From: Candidatus Eiseniibacteriota bacterium
Lineage (GTDB): Bacteria; Eisenbacteria; RBG-16-71-46; JABDJR01
DNA: 64,000 nt
Direction of reading: 5' to 3'
NCBI GenBank assembly: GCA_963728475.1
Contig: CAVSKL010000002.1
Coordinates: 558,365 to 622,364 of the forward strand
In this document: one piece after another, positions 20,372-29,521 of the stretch
Numbering within the stretch: the stretch's first letter is position 1
Layout: each line of letters opens with the position of its first letter
Made by a program: the position numbers and the translations under genes
The notes under the pieces: generated by a model
Databases searched by the model: none
The model's input: the letters and a program-made list of their open reading frames with translations, nothing else
What the model was told of the DNA's origin: nothing

Positions 20372-20863
20372 ATGCGTTTCGGCCTTCTGCTGGCGGCGGC
20401 CCTCCTCACCGGGTGCGCCTACACCTTCAATCCCTCGGCGCTGCCTTCCTACATCCACAGCCTCCAGGTTCCCACCGTGGACAACCAGACCCTGGAGGTG
20501 GAACTCTCCGAGGAGCTGACCAGCGCCCTAGTCGACCGGTTCGTGGCCAACAACCGGCTGAACGTGGTGAACGGGAACGCGGACGCGGTGCTGGAGGGGA
20601 CGGTGACCGGCTATGAGAACCGGGTGTTCGGGTTCAATTCCGAGCAGCGGGCCCAGGAGTACATCGTGCTGATCTCGGCCAAGATGACCTTGCGCGACCG
20701 GGTCAAGAACAAGGACCTGTGGAGCGAGGACAACATGCAGGGCTCCGCCTCGTATTTCCCCGGGGGCGCCGGCCAGACCGTGGCCACCGAGGAGGCGGCC
20801 CGCGCCCTGGCCCTGAAGCAGATCGTGGACCAGGCGATCTCGAAGACGGTGGAAGGATGGTAG
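20372..20863 (+). CDS. lptE: LPS assembly lipoprotein LptE family
   Basis: Lipobox LTGC followed by AYTF; NQT, ADAVLEG; immediately upstream of holA. Confidence 0.75.
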   Translation: MRFGLLLAAALLTGCAYTFNPSALPSYIHSLQVPTVDNQTLEVELSEELTSALVDRFVANNRLNVVNGNADAVLEGTVTGYENRVFGFNSEQRAQEYIVLISAKMTLRDRVKNKDLWSEDNMQGSASYFPGGAGQTVATEEAARALALKQIVDQAISKTVEGW

Positions 20864-21885
20864 GGGGGCGCGAGCCCGGGTCGCTGGACGTCCGGAAGGC
20901 GATCGAGGCCGGCCGCATCCCCCCGGTGTGGCTGTGGGCCGGCCCCGAGGAATACCTGAAGGACGAGCTTTTCGCGCTTCTGGCCGCGAAGGTCGTGGGC
21001 CGGGATCTGGCCGCCCTCAACGTCCTCCGCTACCGGGCGGGGGAGGAGGCGCTCGACGTCGTCCTCGCCGCCTGTCGCACCCTTCCCATGCTTTCCCCCC
21101 GGCGGGCGGTGCTGCTGAGGGACATCGAGAAGCTGGGGAAGGCCGATCGCGAGAAGCTTGCCGGGTACGCCGCCGCCCCCACCGAGGAGACCCGTCTCGT
21201 CCTCGCCGGGGAGGCGGGGACCCAGGACTCCTTCGCCAGGCGGCTGGCCGGGGCCGGGGCCGCCGCCGCCATGTTCTGGATCCCGTTCGAGAACGAGACC
21301 TGCCGCTGGATCCAGATCCGCTTCCGCGACCTGGGCAAGCGCTGCGACACCGCCACCGCCCACGCCCTCCTGGCCCTTTGCGGCGGGGGATTCGAGCAGA
21401 AGGTGCCGCTCCGCGAGGTGGCGCCGGAGATCGAGAAGGTGGCGCTGGCGGTGGGGGACGGCGATACGGTGACTGAGGACGACCTGGGGGTGATCGGCCG
21501 GCGCGCCGACCAGGGGCTCCTCTACGAGATCTCGGGCCGGGTCGCCGCGCGCGACCTGGCCGGAGCGCTCCGCGCGCTCGACGGCGCGCTGCTCTTCAAG
21601 GACAACACCGAGATCCGGATCGTGGTCAACCTGACCCATCTGTTTCTGAACGCGGGACGGGCCCGGACCCTGTTCGACGCCGGGATGCCCCCGGACCGGG
21701 CGGTGCGGGAGCTCAAGATCTGGCGCCAGGGGTGGCCGGACGTGGAGCGGGCGGCCCGGAGCTTCCCGCCCCCGGACCTGGAGCGCTCGATCCGGGTCCT
21801 GGCCGCCGCCGACCGCACCCTCAAGTCCAGCCCCAAACCTTCTCGCTTGGTACTTGAAGAGGCGCTCGTAGCTATTTGCGGTTGA
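20857..21885 (+). CDS. holA: DNA polymerase III delta subunit
   Basis: VWLWAGPEEYL, CRTLPML, EIEKV, ADRTLKSS; lptE-holA synteny. Confidence 0.85.
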   Translation: MVGGREPGSLDVRKAIEAGRIPPVWLWAGPEEYLKDELFALLAAKVVGRDLAALNVLRYRAGEEALDVVLAACRTLPMLSPRRAVLLRDIEKLGKADREKLAGYAAAPTEETRLVLAGEAGTQDSFARRLAGAGAAAAMFWIPFENETCRWIQIRFRDLGKRCDTATAHALLALCGGGFEQKVPLREVAPEIEKVALAVGDGDTVTEDDLGVIGRRADQGLLYEISGRVAARDLAGALRALDGALLFKDNTEIRIVVNLTHLFLNAGRARTLFDAGMPPDRAVRELKIWRQGWPDVERAARSFPPPDLERSIRVLAAADRTLKSSPKPSRLVLEEALVAICG

Positions 21886-21904
21886 AGCGTTTCCAATGCC
21901 GGAA

Positions 21905-23014
21905 TCAGTCCAGGCGCCCCTCCTCCGAGGCCTCGGCGAGGATGCTCAGGAGCCGGTCGAGATGCGGTTGCCAGCCGTAGGCCCGGACCGCTTCCCGCCC
22001 CCCTTCGGCCAGGGCCCGCCACCGCGCCAGCACCCGTTCCAGCCCCGCGGCCAGGGCTCCCGGGTCGCCGGGGGGGACCACCACCCCGGTCTCTCCGTCC
22101 CGGACCAGGGTCCGGACCGCCCCCACGTCGGTGGCCACCACCGCCAGCCCGCGCTCCATGGCCTCGAGGATCGCGTTGGGGAAGCCCTCCCAGCGGGAGG
22201 GGAGGACCAGGGCCCGCGCGCGCGCGATCTCCGCCGCGACCCGGTCCTCGGGCACCCGGCCCACGAAGGTGACCGGGAGGCCGCGGGCCGCCGTCTCCAG
22301 CTCCGCGCGGAGCTCCCCGTCCCCGAGGACGCGCAGCGGCGGGGGGGAGGGAAGGAGGCGGAGGGCCTCGATCAGCACGTCCAGGCCTTTCTGCCGGGTG
22401 AGCCGGCCGGCGAACACCAACCCCTCGCGCCCCTCGAAGTCCGGCTCCGATCCGAGGGCGATGGCGTTAGGAAGGACCGCCGAGCGCGCGGCCACCCTCG
22501 CGGCGAAGGAAGCGCCGAAGTGGCGCCGGGCCAGGTCCTCGATCGGTTTCCGGATGGCCTCGTCCTGGAAGAGGAGGCGCGAGGACCGGGAAAGCACCCG
22601 GCGGGCCAGAACGCGGCTCACGGGACGCCGGAACAGGAATCCCTCCGATTCGCACCGGACCCAGGTCACCAGGGGCACGCCCCCCGCCGCGGCCAGCGAG
22701 CCCAGGAAGCCGTTGATGACCATCTGGTAGGCCAGGATCACGTCGTGCCCGGGCCCGCCGGTCCGGCGCCAGTCGTGGAGGAAGCTCCCCACGTGGGACG
22801 CGAAGCGGACGCCGGGAGGGCCCCCCACCCGGGACCGCACCCAGGTCACGTTCCCCTCGCGCACCACCCCCGGAAACGAGGGGGGAAGGCGCCGGGCGTA
22901 GACGGTGACGCGGTGCCCGCGCGCCCCGAGGTTCCGGGCGGTATCGAACGCCTGGTGCTCCGCCCCCCCGATGCGGTGGGGAGGGAGGCTGGAGGTGAGG
23001 ATGGCGATCTGCAT
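21905..23014 (-). CDS. Glycosyltransferase family 4
   Basis: GGAE, AGRLTRQKG, SRWEGFPNAILEAM (EX7E). Confidence 0.92.
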   Translation of the reverse strand: MQIAILTSSLPPHRIGGAEHQAFDTARNLGARGHRVTVYARRLPPSFPGVVREGNVTWVRSRVGGPPGVRFASHVGSFLHDWRRTGGPGHDVILAYQMVINGFLGSLAAAGGVPLVTWVRCESEGFLFRRPVSRVLARRVLSRSSRLLFQDEAIRKPIEDLARRHFGASFAARVAARSAVLPNAIALGSEPDFEGREGLVFAGRLTRQKGLDVLIEALRLLPSPPPLRVLGDGELRAELETAARGLPVTFVGRVPEDRVAAEIARARALVLPSRWEGFPNAILEAMERGLAVVATDVGAVRTLVRDGETGVVVPPGDPGALAAGLERVLARWRALAEGGREAVRAYGWQPHLDRLLSILAEASEEGRLD

Positions 23015-23208
23015 GCGGGCTCCGGAGACCGGTGAGGGGGCGGAAAAGGTCGGGCCAGTATACCCGCCGCCGGAGGCCGGCGCGACTCGGTGAGGAGCGC
23101 GGGCTGTCCGGACCGCCGGGATTTGCTAGACTTTCTCATTTCCGTTCACCTCGATCATCCGGGGGCGGCGGAACCGGCGGCGGCGGCGGTTCCGGAAAGG
23201 AGCACGGC

Positions 23209-24099
23209 GTGCGATCAACCTGGCTCGGCGGCGCCCTGGCGCTTCTGCTCCTCATCCCCGGACGCCCCGGAGCGGCCGGCCCTCCGGACGCGGGCGCGCC
23301 CGCGACGCCGGCGCCGGCGGAAGGGGAGGTGGAATGGAGCGCCGACTACCCGATGGGGCTCCAGGAGGCGCTTCTCCTCCGGCGGCCGGTCCTCCTCACC
23401 TTCTCCACCGGATGGTGCGGCTGGTGCCGGAGGCTGGAGCGGACGACTTTTCAGGACCCCCGGTTCGTGGACCTGGCCCGGCAGATGGTGGCGCTCCAGG
23501 TGGACGCGGAGAAGCAGCCGGCCCTGGCCCAGCTCTTCCGGGTGCGAGGGTATCCGACCACGGTGATCCTGGACCGCCGGGGGAAGGAGATCGGCCGGAT
23601 CGTGGGCTACCAGCCCGCGGAGCCGTTCGTGGCCGGGCTCATGCAGGCCCTGGGCCGGCGGGAGCCCCTGGACGCGGTGGAGAAGCGCGCCGAAGCCGCT
23701 CCCGACGATCCCGAGGCGCAGTACGCCCTGGGGGACGCGCTGCTGGCGGTGGGGCGGTGCGGCCAGGCGGAGGCGGCGTTCGCCCGGGTGCCCAAGCTGG
23801 TTCCCGGGGTGAGCACCGGACTGGTGGAGGACGCGGCCCTGGACCTGGCCGTCGCCCACCTCTTCGATCACGATTACGAGGGGGCGCTGCCGCTCTTCCG
23901 GGCCTACCTGAAGCGCTACCCGAAGGGGGACCGCCGCGACCAGGGGCTCTTCTTCTACGGGCTCGCCCTGGCCGGCTCCGGACGCCGCCAGGAAGGTCTG
24001 GCCCAGATCCGCAAGGCGGCCGAGACCACGTCCTACGAGTACATCAAGCACGAGGCGCGGCGACTGGAGTCGCTGGTGGGGGACGACGATCGTGGATAG
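23209..24099 (+). CDS. Exported thioredoxin-fold protein with TPR repeats
   Basis: Signal peptide, WCGWC, GYPT cis-Pro loop, C-terminal TPRs; GTG start after AAGGAG. Confidence 0.82.
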   Translation: MRSTWLGGALALLLLIPGRPGAAGPPDAGAPATPAPAEGEVEWSADYPMGLQEALLLRRPVLLTFSTGWCGWCRRLERTTFQDPRFVDLARQMVALQVDAEKQPALAQLFRVRGYPTTVILDRRGKEIGRIVGYQPAEPFVAGLMQALGRREPLDAVEKRAEAAPDDPEAQYALGDALLAVGRCGQAEAAFARVPKLVPGVSTGLVEDAALDLAVAHLFDHDYEGALPLFRAYLKRYPKGDRRDQGLFFYGLALAGSGRRQEGLAQIRKAAETTSYEYIKHEARRLESLVGDDDRG

Positions 24100-26656
24100 T
24101 GTGGACACCCAGGGGGGCGGAGAGCGGGATTCGGGCCGGTATCCGTTCCGCGAATTCGAGGGGAGGTGGCGCGAACGCTGGGAGGCGGAGGGCCTCTTCC
24201 GCTGCGACACCGGTTCGGCAAAGACGAAGTTCTACTGCCTGAACATGTTCCCCTACCCCTCGGGGGACCTCCACGTGGGGCACGGCCGGAACTACATCCT
24301 GGGCGACGTGGTGGTGCGCCGGAAGATCCAGGAAGGCTACGAGGTGCTGGCCCCCATGGGCTTCGACGCCTTCGGGCTCCCGGCCGAGAACGCCGCCATC
24401 AAGAACGGCATCCATCCCCTCGCCTGGACCCTGGACAACATCGAGAAGTTCAAGGCGCAGTTCAACGAGTGGGGGATCGGGCTCGACTGGACCCGTGAGA
24501 TCGCCGCCTGCCACCCCGGCTACTACCGGTGGACCCAGTGGATCTTCCTCCAGCTCTTCAAGCGCGGCCTGGCCGAGAAGCGGAGCGCGCCGGTCAACTG
24601 GTGCCCCTCCTGCGCCACCGTGCTCGCCAACGAGCAGGTGGTGGACGGGGCCTGCGAGCGTTGCGGCACCCCGGTGGAGCAGAAGCAGCTCTCGCAGTGG
24701 TTCTTCAAGACCACCCGCTACGCCCAGGATCTGCTCGACGACCTGGACAAGCTGGACGCGTGGCCGGAGCGCGTGCGCACCATGCAGCGGAACTGGATCG
24801 GGCGGAGCGAGGGGGTCGCCGTCCGCTTCCACCGCACCGACCCGGGGGCGGAGATCGAGTGCTTCACTACCCGGATCGACACCCTCGGCGGCGTCACCTA
24901 CGTGGTGCTGGCGCCCGAGCATCCGCTGGTGGAGGAGCTCCTTCGCGACCACCCCGGCCGCGAGCGCCTTCTCGCCGAGGTCTCGGCGATGAAGAACCAG
25001 CGCACGGCGCGGCAGGCCGACCCCGACCTGGAAAAGACCGGCTTCGATACCGGCCGCCGGGTGGTGAACCCGGTCTCCGGGGAGCCGGTGCCGATCTGGG
25101 TGGCCAACTACGTGCTCATGGAGTACGGGTCCGGGGCGGTGATGGCGGTGCCCGCCCACGACGACCGCGACTTCGTCTTCGCCCGCAAGTACGGCCTCCC
25201 CATCCGCACCGTGATCCGGAACCCGGACGAGGCCCCCGAAACCGCGAGCGGGAAGGGGGAGGACCTCACCGCGGCCTGGACCGGGCCGGGGACCCTGATT
25301 CACTCCGGACCCTTCGACGGGCTCGCGAGCGAGGCCGCGCTGCGGAAGATCGGCGCGTGGCTCGAGTCGTCCGGGGACGGCGAGTTTACCGTGACCTACC
25401 GGCTTCGCGACTGGCTGATCTCGCGCCAGCGCTACTGGGGAGCACCCATCCCCATCGTGTACTGTGAGAAGCACGGCACGGTGCCGGTGCCCGAGGAGCA
25501 CCTGCCGGTCCTCCTCCCCATGGACGCCGACTTCCGCCCCCGGGGGGAGAGCCCGCTCGCCCGCCACCCTTCGTTCAAGCACACGGTGTGCCCGGAGTGC
25601 GGCGGCCCCGCCGAGCGGGAGACCGACACCATGGACACCTTCGTGGATTCGTCCTGGTACTTCCTGCGCTACCTCTCCCCGCGCGACGAGACCCGGGCCT
25701 GGGACGTGGACACGGTCAACCGCTGGCTCCCGGTGGACCAGTACATCGGCGGGGTGGAACACGCCATCCTCCACCTCATGTACGCGCGCTTCTTCACCAA
25801 GGTGTTCGCGGACCTGGGGCTGGTGAACTTCCGCGAGCCCTTCGCCCGCCTCTTCACCCAGGGGATGATCACCAAGCAGAGCCCCAAGACCGGACGGCTG
25901 GAGAAGATGTCCAAGTCCAAGGGGAACGTGGTGGCGCCCCGGGATCTGATCGCCCGCTACGGGGCGGACACGGTGCGGGTCTACACCCTGTTCATCGGCC
26001 CGCCGGACAAGGACGCCGAGTGGGACGACCGCGGGGTGGAGGGCGCGTGGCGGTTCCTCTCGCGTCTCTGGCGGCTGGCGATGGACCACGCCGGCGACCT
26101 GGCCGCGCCCGGCGCCCGGGTCCCTGCGGATCTCTCCGGTCCGGGCGGGGACCTCCACCGCAAGACCCACGAGACGATCCGGAAGGTGAACGAGGACCTG
26201 GAGCGGTTCCAGATGAACACCGCCATCGCCGCCCTCATGGAGCTGGTGAACGTGCTCTCGATCACCGTCCAGGATCCCGGGTTCGGGCCCGCGCCGGGAA
26301 ACGCCGGCGGCGCCGCCCTTCGCGAGGCGGTGGACAACGCCCTGGTGCTCCTGGCCCCGATGGCGCCCTTCATCTCCGAGGAGCTGTGGGCGCGGACCGG
26401 CCACCGAGAGAGCATCTTCCGCGCCCCCGTCCCCGTCCACGACCCGGCCGCCCTGGTTCGCGACTCCTTCACCCTGGTGGTGCAGGTGGCGGGGAAGGTG
26501 CGGGCCCGCATCGAGGCTCCCGCCGCCGCGGACCGCGACCAGGCCATCCGCCTGGCCCTGGCCGACCCCAATGTGCAGGAGCATCTGGGGGGGAAGACGC
26601 CGGCCAAGCTGATCTACGTGCCCGGCAAGCTCGTGAACCTGGTGCCCGGCCGTTGA
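24092..26656 (+). CDS. leuS: Leucine--tRNA ligase
   Basis: [30 protein letters not shown]. Confidence 0.98.
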   Translation: MDSVDTQGGGERDSGRYPFREFEGRWRERWEAEGLFRCDTGSAKTKFYCLNMFPYPSGDLHVGHGRNYILGDVVVRRKIQEGYEVLAPMGFDAFGLPAENAAIKNGIHPLAWTLDNIEKFKAQFNEWGIGLDWTREIAACHPGYYRWTQWIFLQLFKRGLAEKRSAPVNWCPSCATVLANEQVVDGACERCGTPVEQKQLSQWFFKTTRYAQDLLDDLDKLDAWPERVRTMQRNWIGRSEGVAVRFHRTDPGAEIECFTTRIDTLGGVTYVVLAPEHPLVEELLRDHPGRERLLAEVSAMKNQRTARQADPDLEKTGFDTGRRVVNPVSGEPVPIWVANYVLMEYGSGAVMAVPAHDDRDFVFARKYGLPIRTVIRNPDEAPETASGKGEDLTAAWTGPGTLIHSGPFDGLASEAALRKIGAWLESSGDGEFTVTYRLRDWLISRQRYWGAPIPIVYCEKHGTVPVPEEHLPVLLPMDADFRPRGESPLARHPSFKHTVCPECGGPAERETDTMDTFVDSSWYFLRYLSPRDETRAWDVDTVNRWLPVDQYIGGVEHAILHLMYARFFTKVFADLGLVNFREPFARLFTQGMITKQSPKTGRLEKMSKSKGNVVAPRDLIARYGADTVRVYTLFIGPPDKDAEWDDRGVEGAWRFLSRLWRLAMDHAGDLAAPGARVPADLSGPGGDLHRKTHETIRKVNEDLERFQMNTAIAALMELVNVLSITVQDPGFGPAPGNAGGAALREAVDNALVLLAPMAPFISEELWARTGHRESIFRAPVPVHDPAALVRDSFTLVVQVAGKVRARIEAPAAADRDQAIRLALADPNVQEHLGGKTPAKLIYVPGKLVNLVPGR

Positions 26657-26712
26657 TCCTCCTCGCCGTCTCTCCCGGGGGCCGGTCCCGCCCCGGATCG
26701 AGGTAGCCCGCG

Positions 26713-28641
26713 GTGTGCGGCATCGCCGGCATCGCGGCCCGGGAACCCGGACGGATCCCCGGAGAGGACCGGCTCCGCCGCATGAGCGCGGCCCTGGCCC
26801 ACCGGGGCCCCGACGACGAGGGGATCTCGGTGGTGGGCCGGGTGGGCCTGGCCCACCGGCGTCTCAGCATCATCGACCTCACCGGCGGACGGCAACCCAT
26901 GGCCGATCCCGGGGGGCGGGTGCGGATCGTCTACAACGGCGAGATCTACAACTTCCGCGAGCTGGCCGGCGAGCTCCGGGGCCTCGGGTGCGCGGTGGAG
27001 GGCCGCTCGGATACCGAGGTGCTGCTTGCCGCCTATCTCCACTGGGGCCCGGCCTGCGTGGAACGGCTGAACGGCATGTTCGCGTTCGTGATCCACGACG
27101 GGCGCACCGACGAGCTGTTCGCGGCCCGGGACCGGTTCGGGGAGAAGCCGCTCTACCTCTGCGAGACCGGACGGGAGATTCTCTTCGCCTCCGAGCTCAA
27201 GGCCCTGGCGGCGGGGGGGGCGGAGATGGGAGGCCTCGACCGCACCGCGCTCTACCAGTTCTTCACCCGGGGCTACGTCTCGGGCCCGGGGACGATCTTC
27301 ACCGGGGTGCGGCGGCTCCCTCCCGGGCACGCCCGGTTGTGGTCGGGGGCCGGCGCCCGGACCTGGCGGTACTGGACGCCTCCCGAGCCCTCGGAGGAGA
27401 TCGTCGATCCCGGGGAGGCGCTCCGCGAGGCCACCGGCCTTCTCCGCGACTCGGTGAGGATGCGCCTGGTGAGCGACGTTCCCCTCGGGTTCTTCCTGAG
27501 CGGCGGGATCGACTCCAGCCTGGTGGTGGCCCTGGGAGCCGAGTCGGCCGAGGGGCGGATGGAGACCTTCGCCGTCGGGTTCGAGGAGAGCCGCTACGAC
27601 GAGCGCCCCTACGCGCGCCGGGTGGCGGATCGGTTCGGGACCCGCCACCACGAGTTCGTGCTCCGCCCCGAAGGGGTGGGGACCGCCGAGGAGCTGGCCT
27701 GGCAGATGGACGAGCCCTTCGCCGACAGCTCCGCCCTTCCGACCTTCTTTCTCTCCCGGCTCACCCGGGAGCATGTGAAGGTGGCGCTGTCCGGGGACGG
27801 CGGAGACGAGATGTTCGCGGGCTACGACGTCTACCGCGGCCACGTCCTGAGCGAGCGGGCGCGCCGGATGCCCCCGCCGCTCCTGCGGGCGGCGGCGGGG
27901 GTGCTCGAGTGGAGCGCGCGCTACGGGGAGGGCCGCCGGGAGCGCATGGAACGCCTGGGGCGGAATCTCCGCGACGCCGGTCGGGACGCCCCGGTCCGGT
28001 TCCGCGACAAGCAGCAGACGGTGCTCCGGGCGGCGTCGCTGGCCGCGTCGTCCGCCGGGACCTGGGTGGGGGAGGAGGCAAGCCGCGAGGAGGCCGGATT
28101 CCGGTCGCTGTTCGCCGCCGCGGCCTCGCCCCTGGACGCCATCGCCGCCTGGCAGCGGGGGAACTCGCTCCCCGACGACATGCTGACCAAGGTCGACCGG
28201 ATGAGCATGGCCGCCTCCCTGGAGGTCCGCCCGCCCTTCCTGGACCATCGCCTGGCCGAGCTGGTGGACCGGATCCCGTTCGCGGTCAAGATGCCGAACC
28301 TCGAGACCAAGCACCTGCTAAAGCGTATGCTGGCAAGCTATTTCCCAAATGACTTCATCCACCGTCCCAAGCAGGGTTTCGTGGTCCCGTTGAACGCGTG
28401 GTTCCGGGACAGCCTGGTGGGGTACGCCCGCGGGCTGGTGCTGGCCCCGGACGGGCGCTCGCGGGCGGTGCTCCGGCCCGGGTGCCTGGAGCGCATCCTG
28501 GCCGAGCATGCGGGGGGTGCGCGGAACCGGGGTCCGGCGGTGTGGGCCCTGGTCGTGTTCGAGAACTGGTGCCGGCGCTTCGGGGTGGAGGCGGCGCAGG
28601 TCTCGGAGGCCCTCCGGACGCCGCCGGATCCGGCTTCCTGA
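26713..28641 (+). CDS. asnB: Asparagine synthase (glutamine-hydrolysing) family amidotransferase
   Basis: N-terminal CGI, HRGPD, RLSIID, NGEIYN, LSGGIDSS, SGDGGDE, KVDRMSM; could be a polysaccharide amidotransferase. Confidence 0.92.
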   Translation: MCGIAGIAAREPGRIPGEDRLRRMSAALAHRGPDDEGISVVGRVGLAHRRLSIIDLTGGRQPMADPGGRVRIVYNGEIYNFRELAGELRGLGCAVEGRSDTEVLLAAYLHWGPACVERLNGMFAFVIHDGRTDELFAARDRFGEKPLYLCETGREILFASELKALAAGGAEMGGLDRTALYQFFTRGYVSGPGTIFTGVRRLPPGHARLWSGAGARTWRYWTPPEPSEEIVDPGEALREATGLLRDSVRMRLVSDVPLGFFLSGGIDSSLVVALGAESAEGRMETFAVGFEESRYDERPYARRVADRFGTRHHEFVLRPEGVGTAEELAWQMDEPFADSSALPTFFLSRLTREHVKVALSGDGGDEMFAGYDVYRGHVLSERARRMPPPLLRAAAGVLEWSARYGEGRRERMERLGRNLRDAGRDAPVRFRDKQQTVLRAASLAASSAGTWVGEEASREEAGFRSLFAAAASPLDAIAAWQRGNSLPDDMLTKVDRMSMAASLEVRPPFLDHRLAELVDRIPFAVKMPNLETKHLLKRMLASYFPNDFIHRPKQGFVVPLNAWFRDSLVGYARGLVLAPDGRSRAVLRPGCLERILAEHAGGARNRGPAVWALVVFENWCRRFGVEAAQVSEALRTPPDPAS

Positions 28642-28701
28642 CCGGCGGGGCCGGAGCAGAGGAGGGGGATCCGGGGTGGCCCGTGGGAGCTCCCGCTTGT
28701 T

Positions 28702-28729
28702 AGGTTACATAATATATATTATGCGACAT
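28702..28729 (-). other. dif: dif site (XerCD chromosome dimer resolution site)
   Basis: Minus strand reads ATGTCGCATAA-TATATA-TTATGTAACCT, compared with E. coli dif GGTGCGCATAA-TGTATA-TTATGTTAAAT; intergenic AT island at the gene-orientation switch. Confidence 0.9.
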
Positions 28730-28789
28730 CTAGTTCGGGCGGCCGGATCCGCCCGGGCCGGGTCCTCCGGGCGGCCGCCGGGATCCCTC

Positions 28790-29485
28790 TCAGCCGTTCC
28801 CCCCGGGAGCGGTCCCCCGGGCGTAGCGGGTCTCGGCCAGGCGGAGCTTGGCCTCCTGGGCGGCTTGCGGGTTTTCGGGGTTGTCGGAGATCTCCTGGTA
28901 GATCTTGGTGGCGGCCTCGATGTCGCCGGCCCGGAGCTGATTGCGGGCCACGTCCAGCAGGAGGTCGGCCCGGGTCACCTGGTTGGGCGCGGTGTCGGCC
29001 AGGCTCTGGTAGGTCCGGGCGGCGTCCGCGTACTTCTTGTCGTTCTCCAGGGATGCGGCGAGCCCCCGGCGGGCGGCCATGCCGAGGATCGGATCGCCCT
29101 TGAACGCGGACTGCGCCCGCCGGTAGTAGCCGGCGGCGTCGGTGAACCGGCCCTGGGCGTAGCGGATGTCCCCGTAGAGCAGGAGCGCCTGCTTGCCGGC
29201 GCGGGTTCCTCCGGAGTCCTTGAGGATGTCGTCCAGGCGCGCGGCGGCCGGCTCCAGCGACCCGTTGTTGTAATCGGCCCAGGCCTCGGTGAGCATCCCC
29301 GCGCTCCGCGACTGCGCCTTCTGGCCGCCGGTGCGGACGAAGAAGACCACCGCCGCGACCGCGACCAGGCCCACCACCAGGCCCACCAGAAGGCGGGCAT
29401 GATGGCTGGCGAAGTCCACCGCCTCGCCGGTGGTCTTCATGAGCGCGTCTTCCTTCAGCTGCTGCTTGGTCATTCGATCGGACAC
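28790..29485 (-). CDS. YfgM-like membrane-anchored TPR protein
   Basis: TKQQLKED N-terminus, single TM, TPR repeats. Confidence 0.78.
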   Translation of the reverse strand: MSDRMTKQQLKEDALMKTTGEAVDFASHHARLLVGLVVGLVAVAAVVFFVRTGGQKAQSRSAGMLTEAWADYNNGSLEPAAARLDDILKDSGGTRAGKQALLLYGDIRYAQGRFTDAAGYYRRAQSAFKGDPILGMAARRGLAASLENDKKYADAARTYQSLADTAPNQVTRADLLLDVARNQLRAGDIEAATKIYQEISDNPENPQAAQEAKLRLAETRYARGTAPGGNG

Positions 29486-29521
29486 GTCGTCTCCCTCTCT
29501 CGCCGAGGCGTCCCGGCGTCT

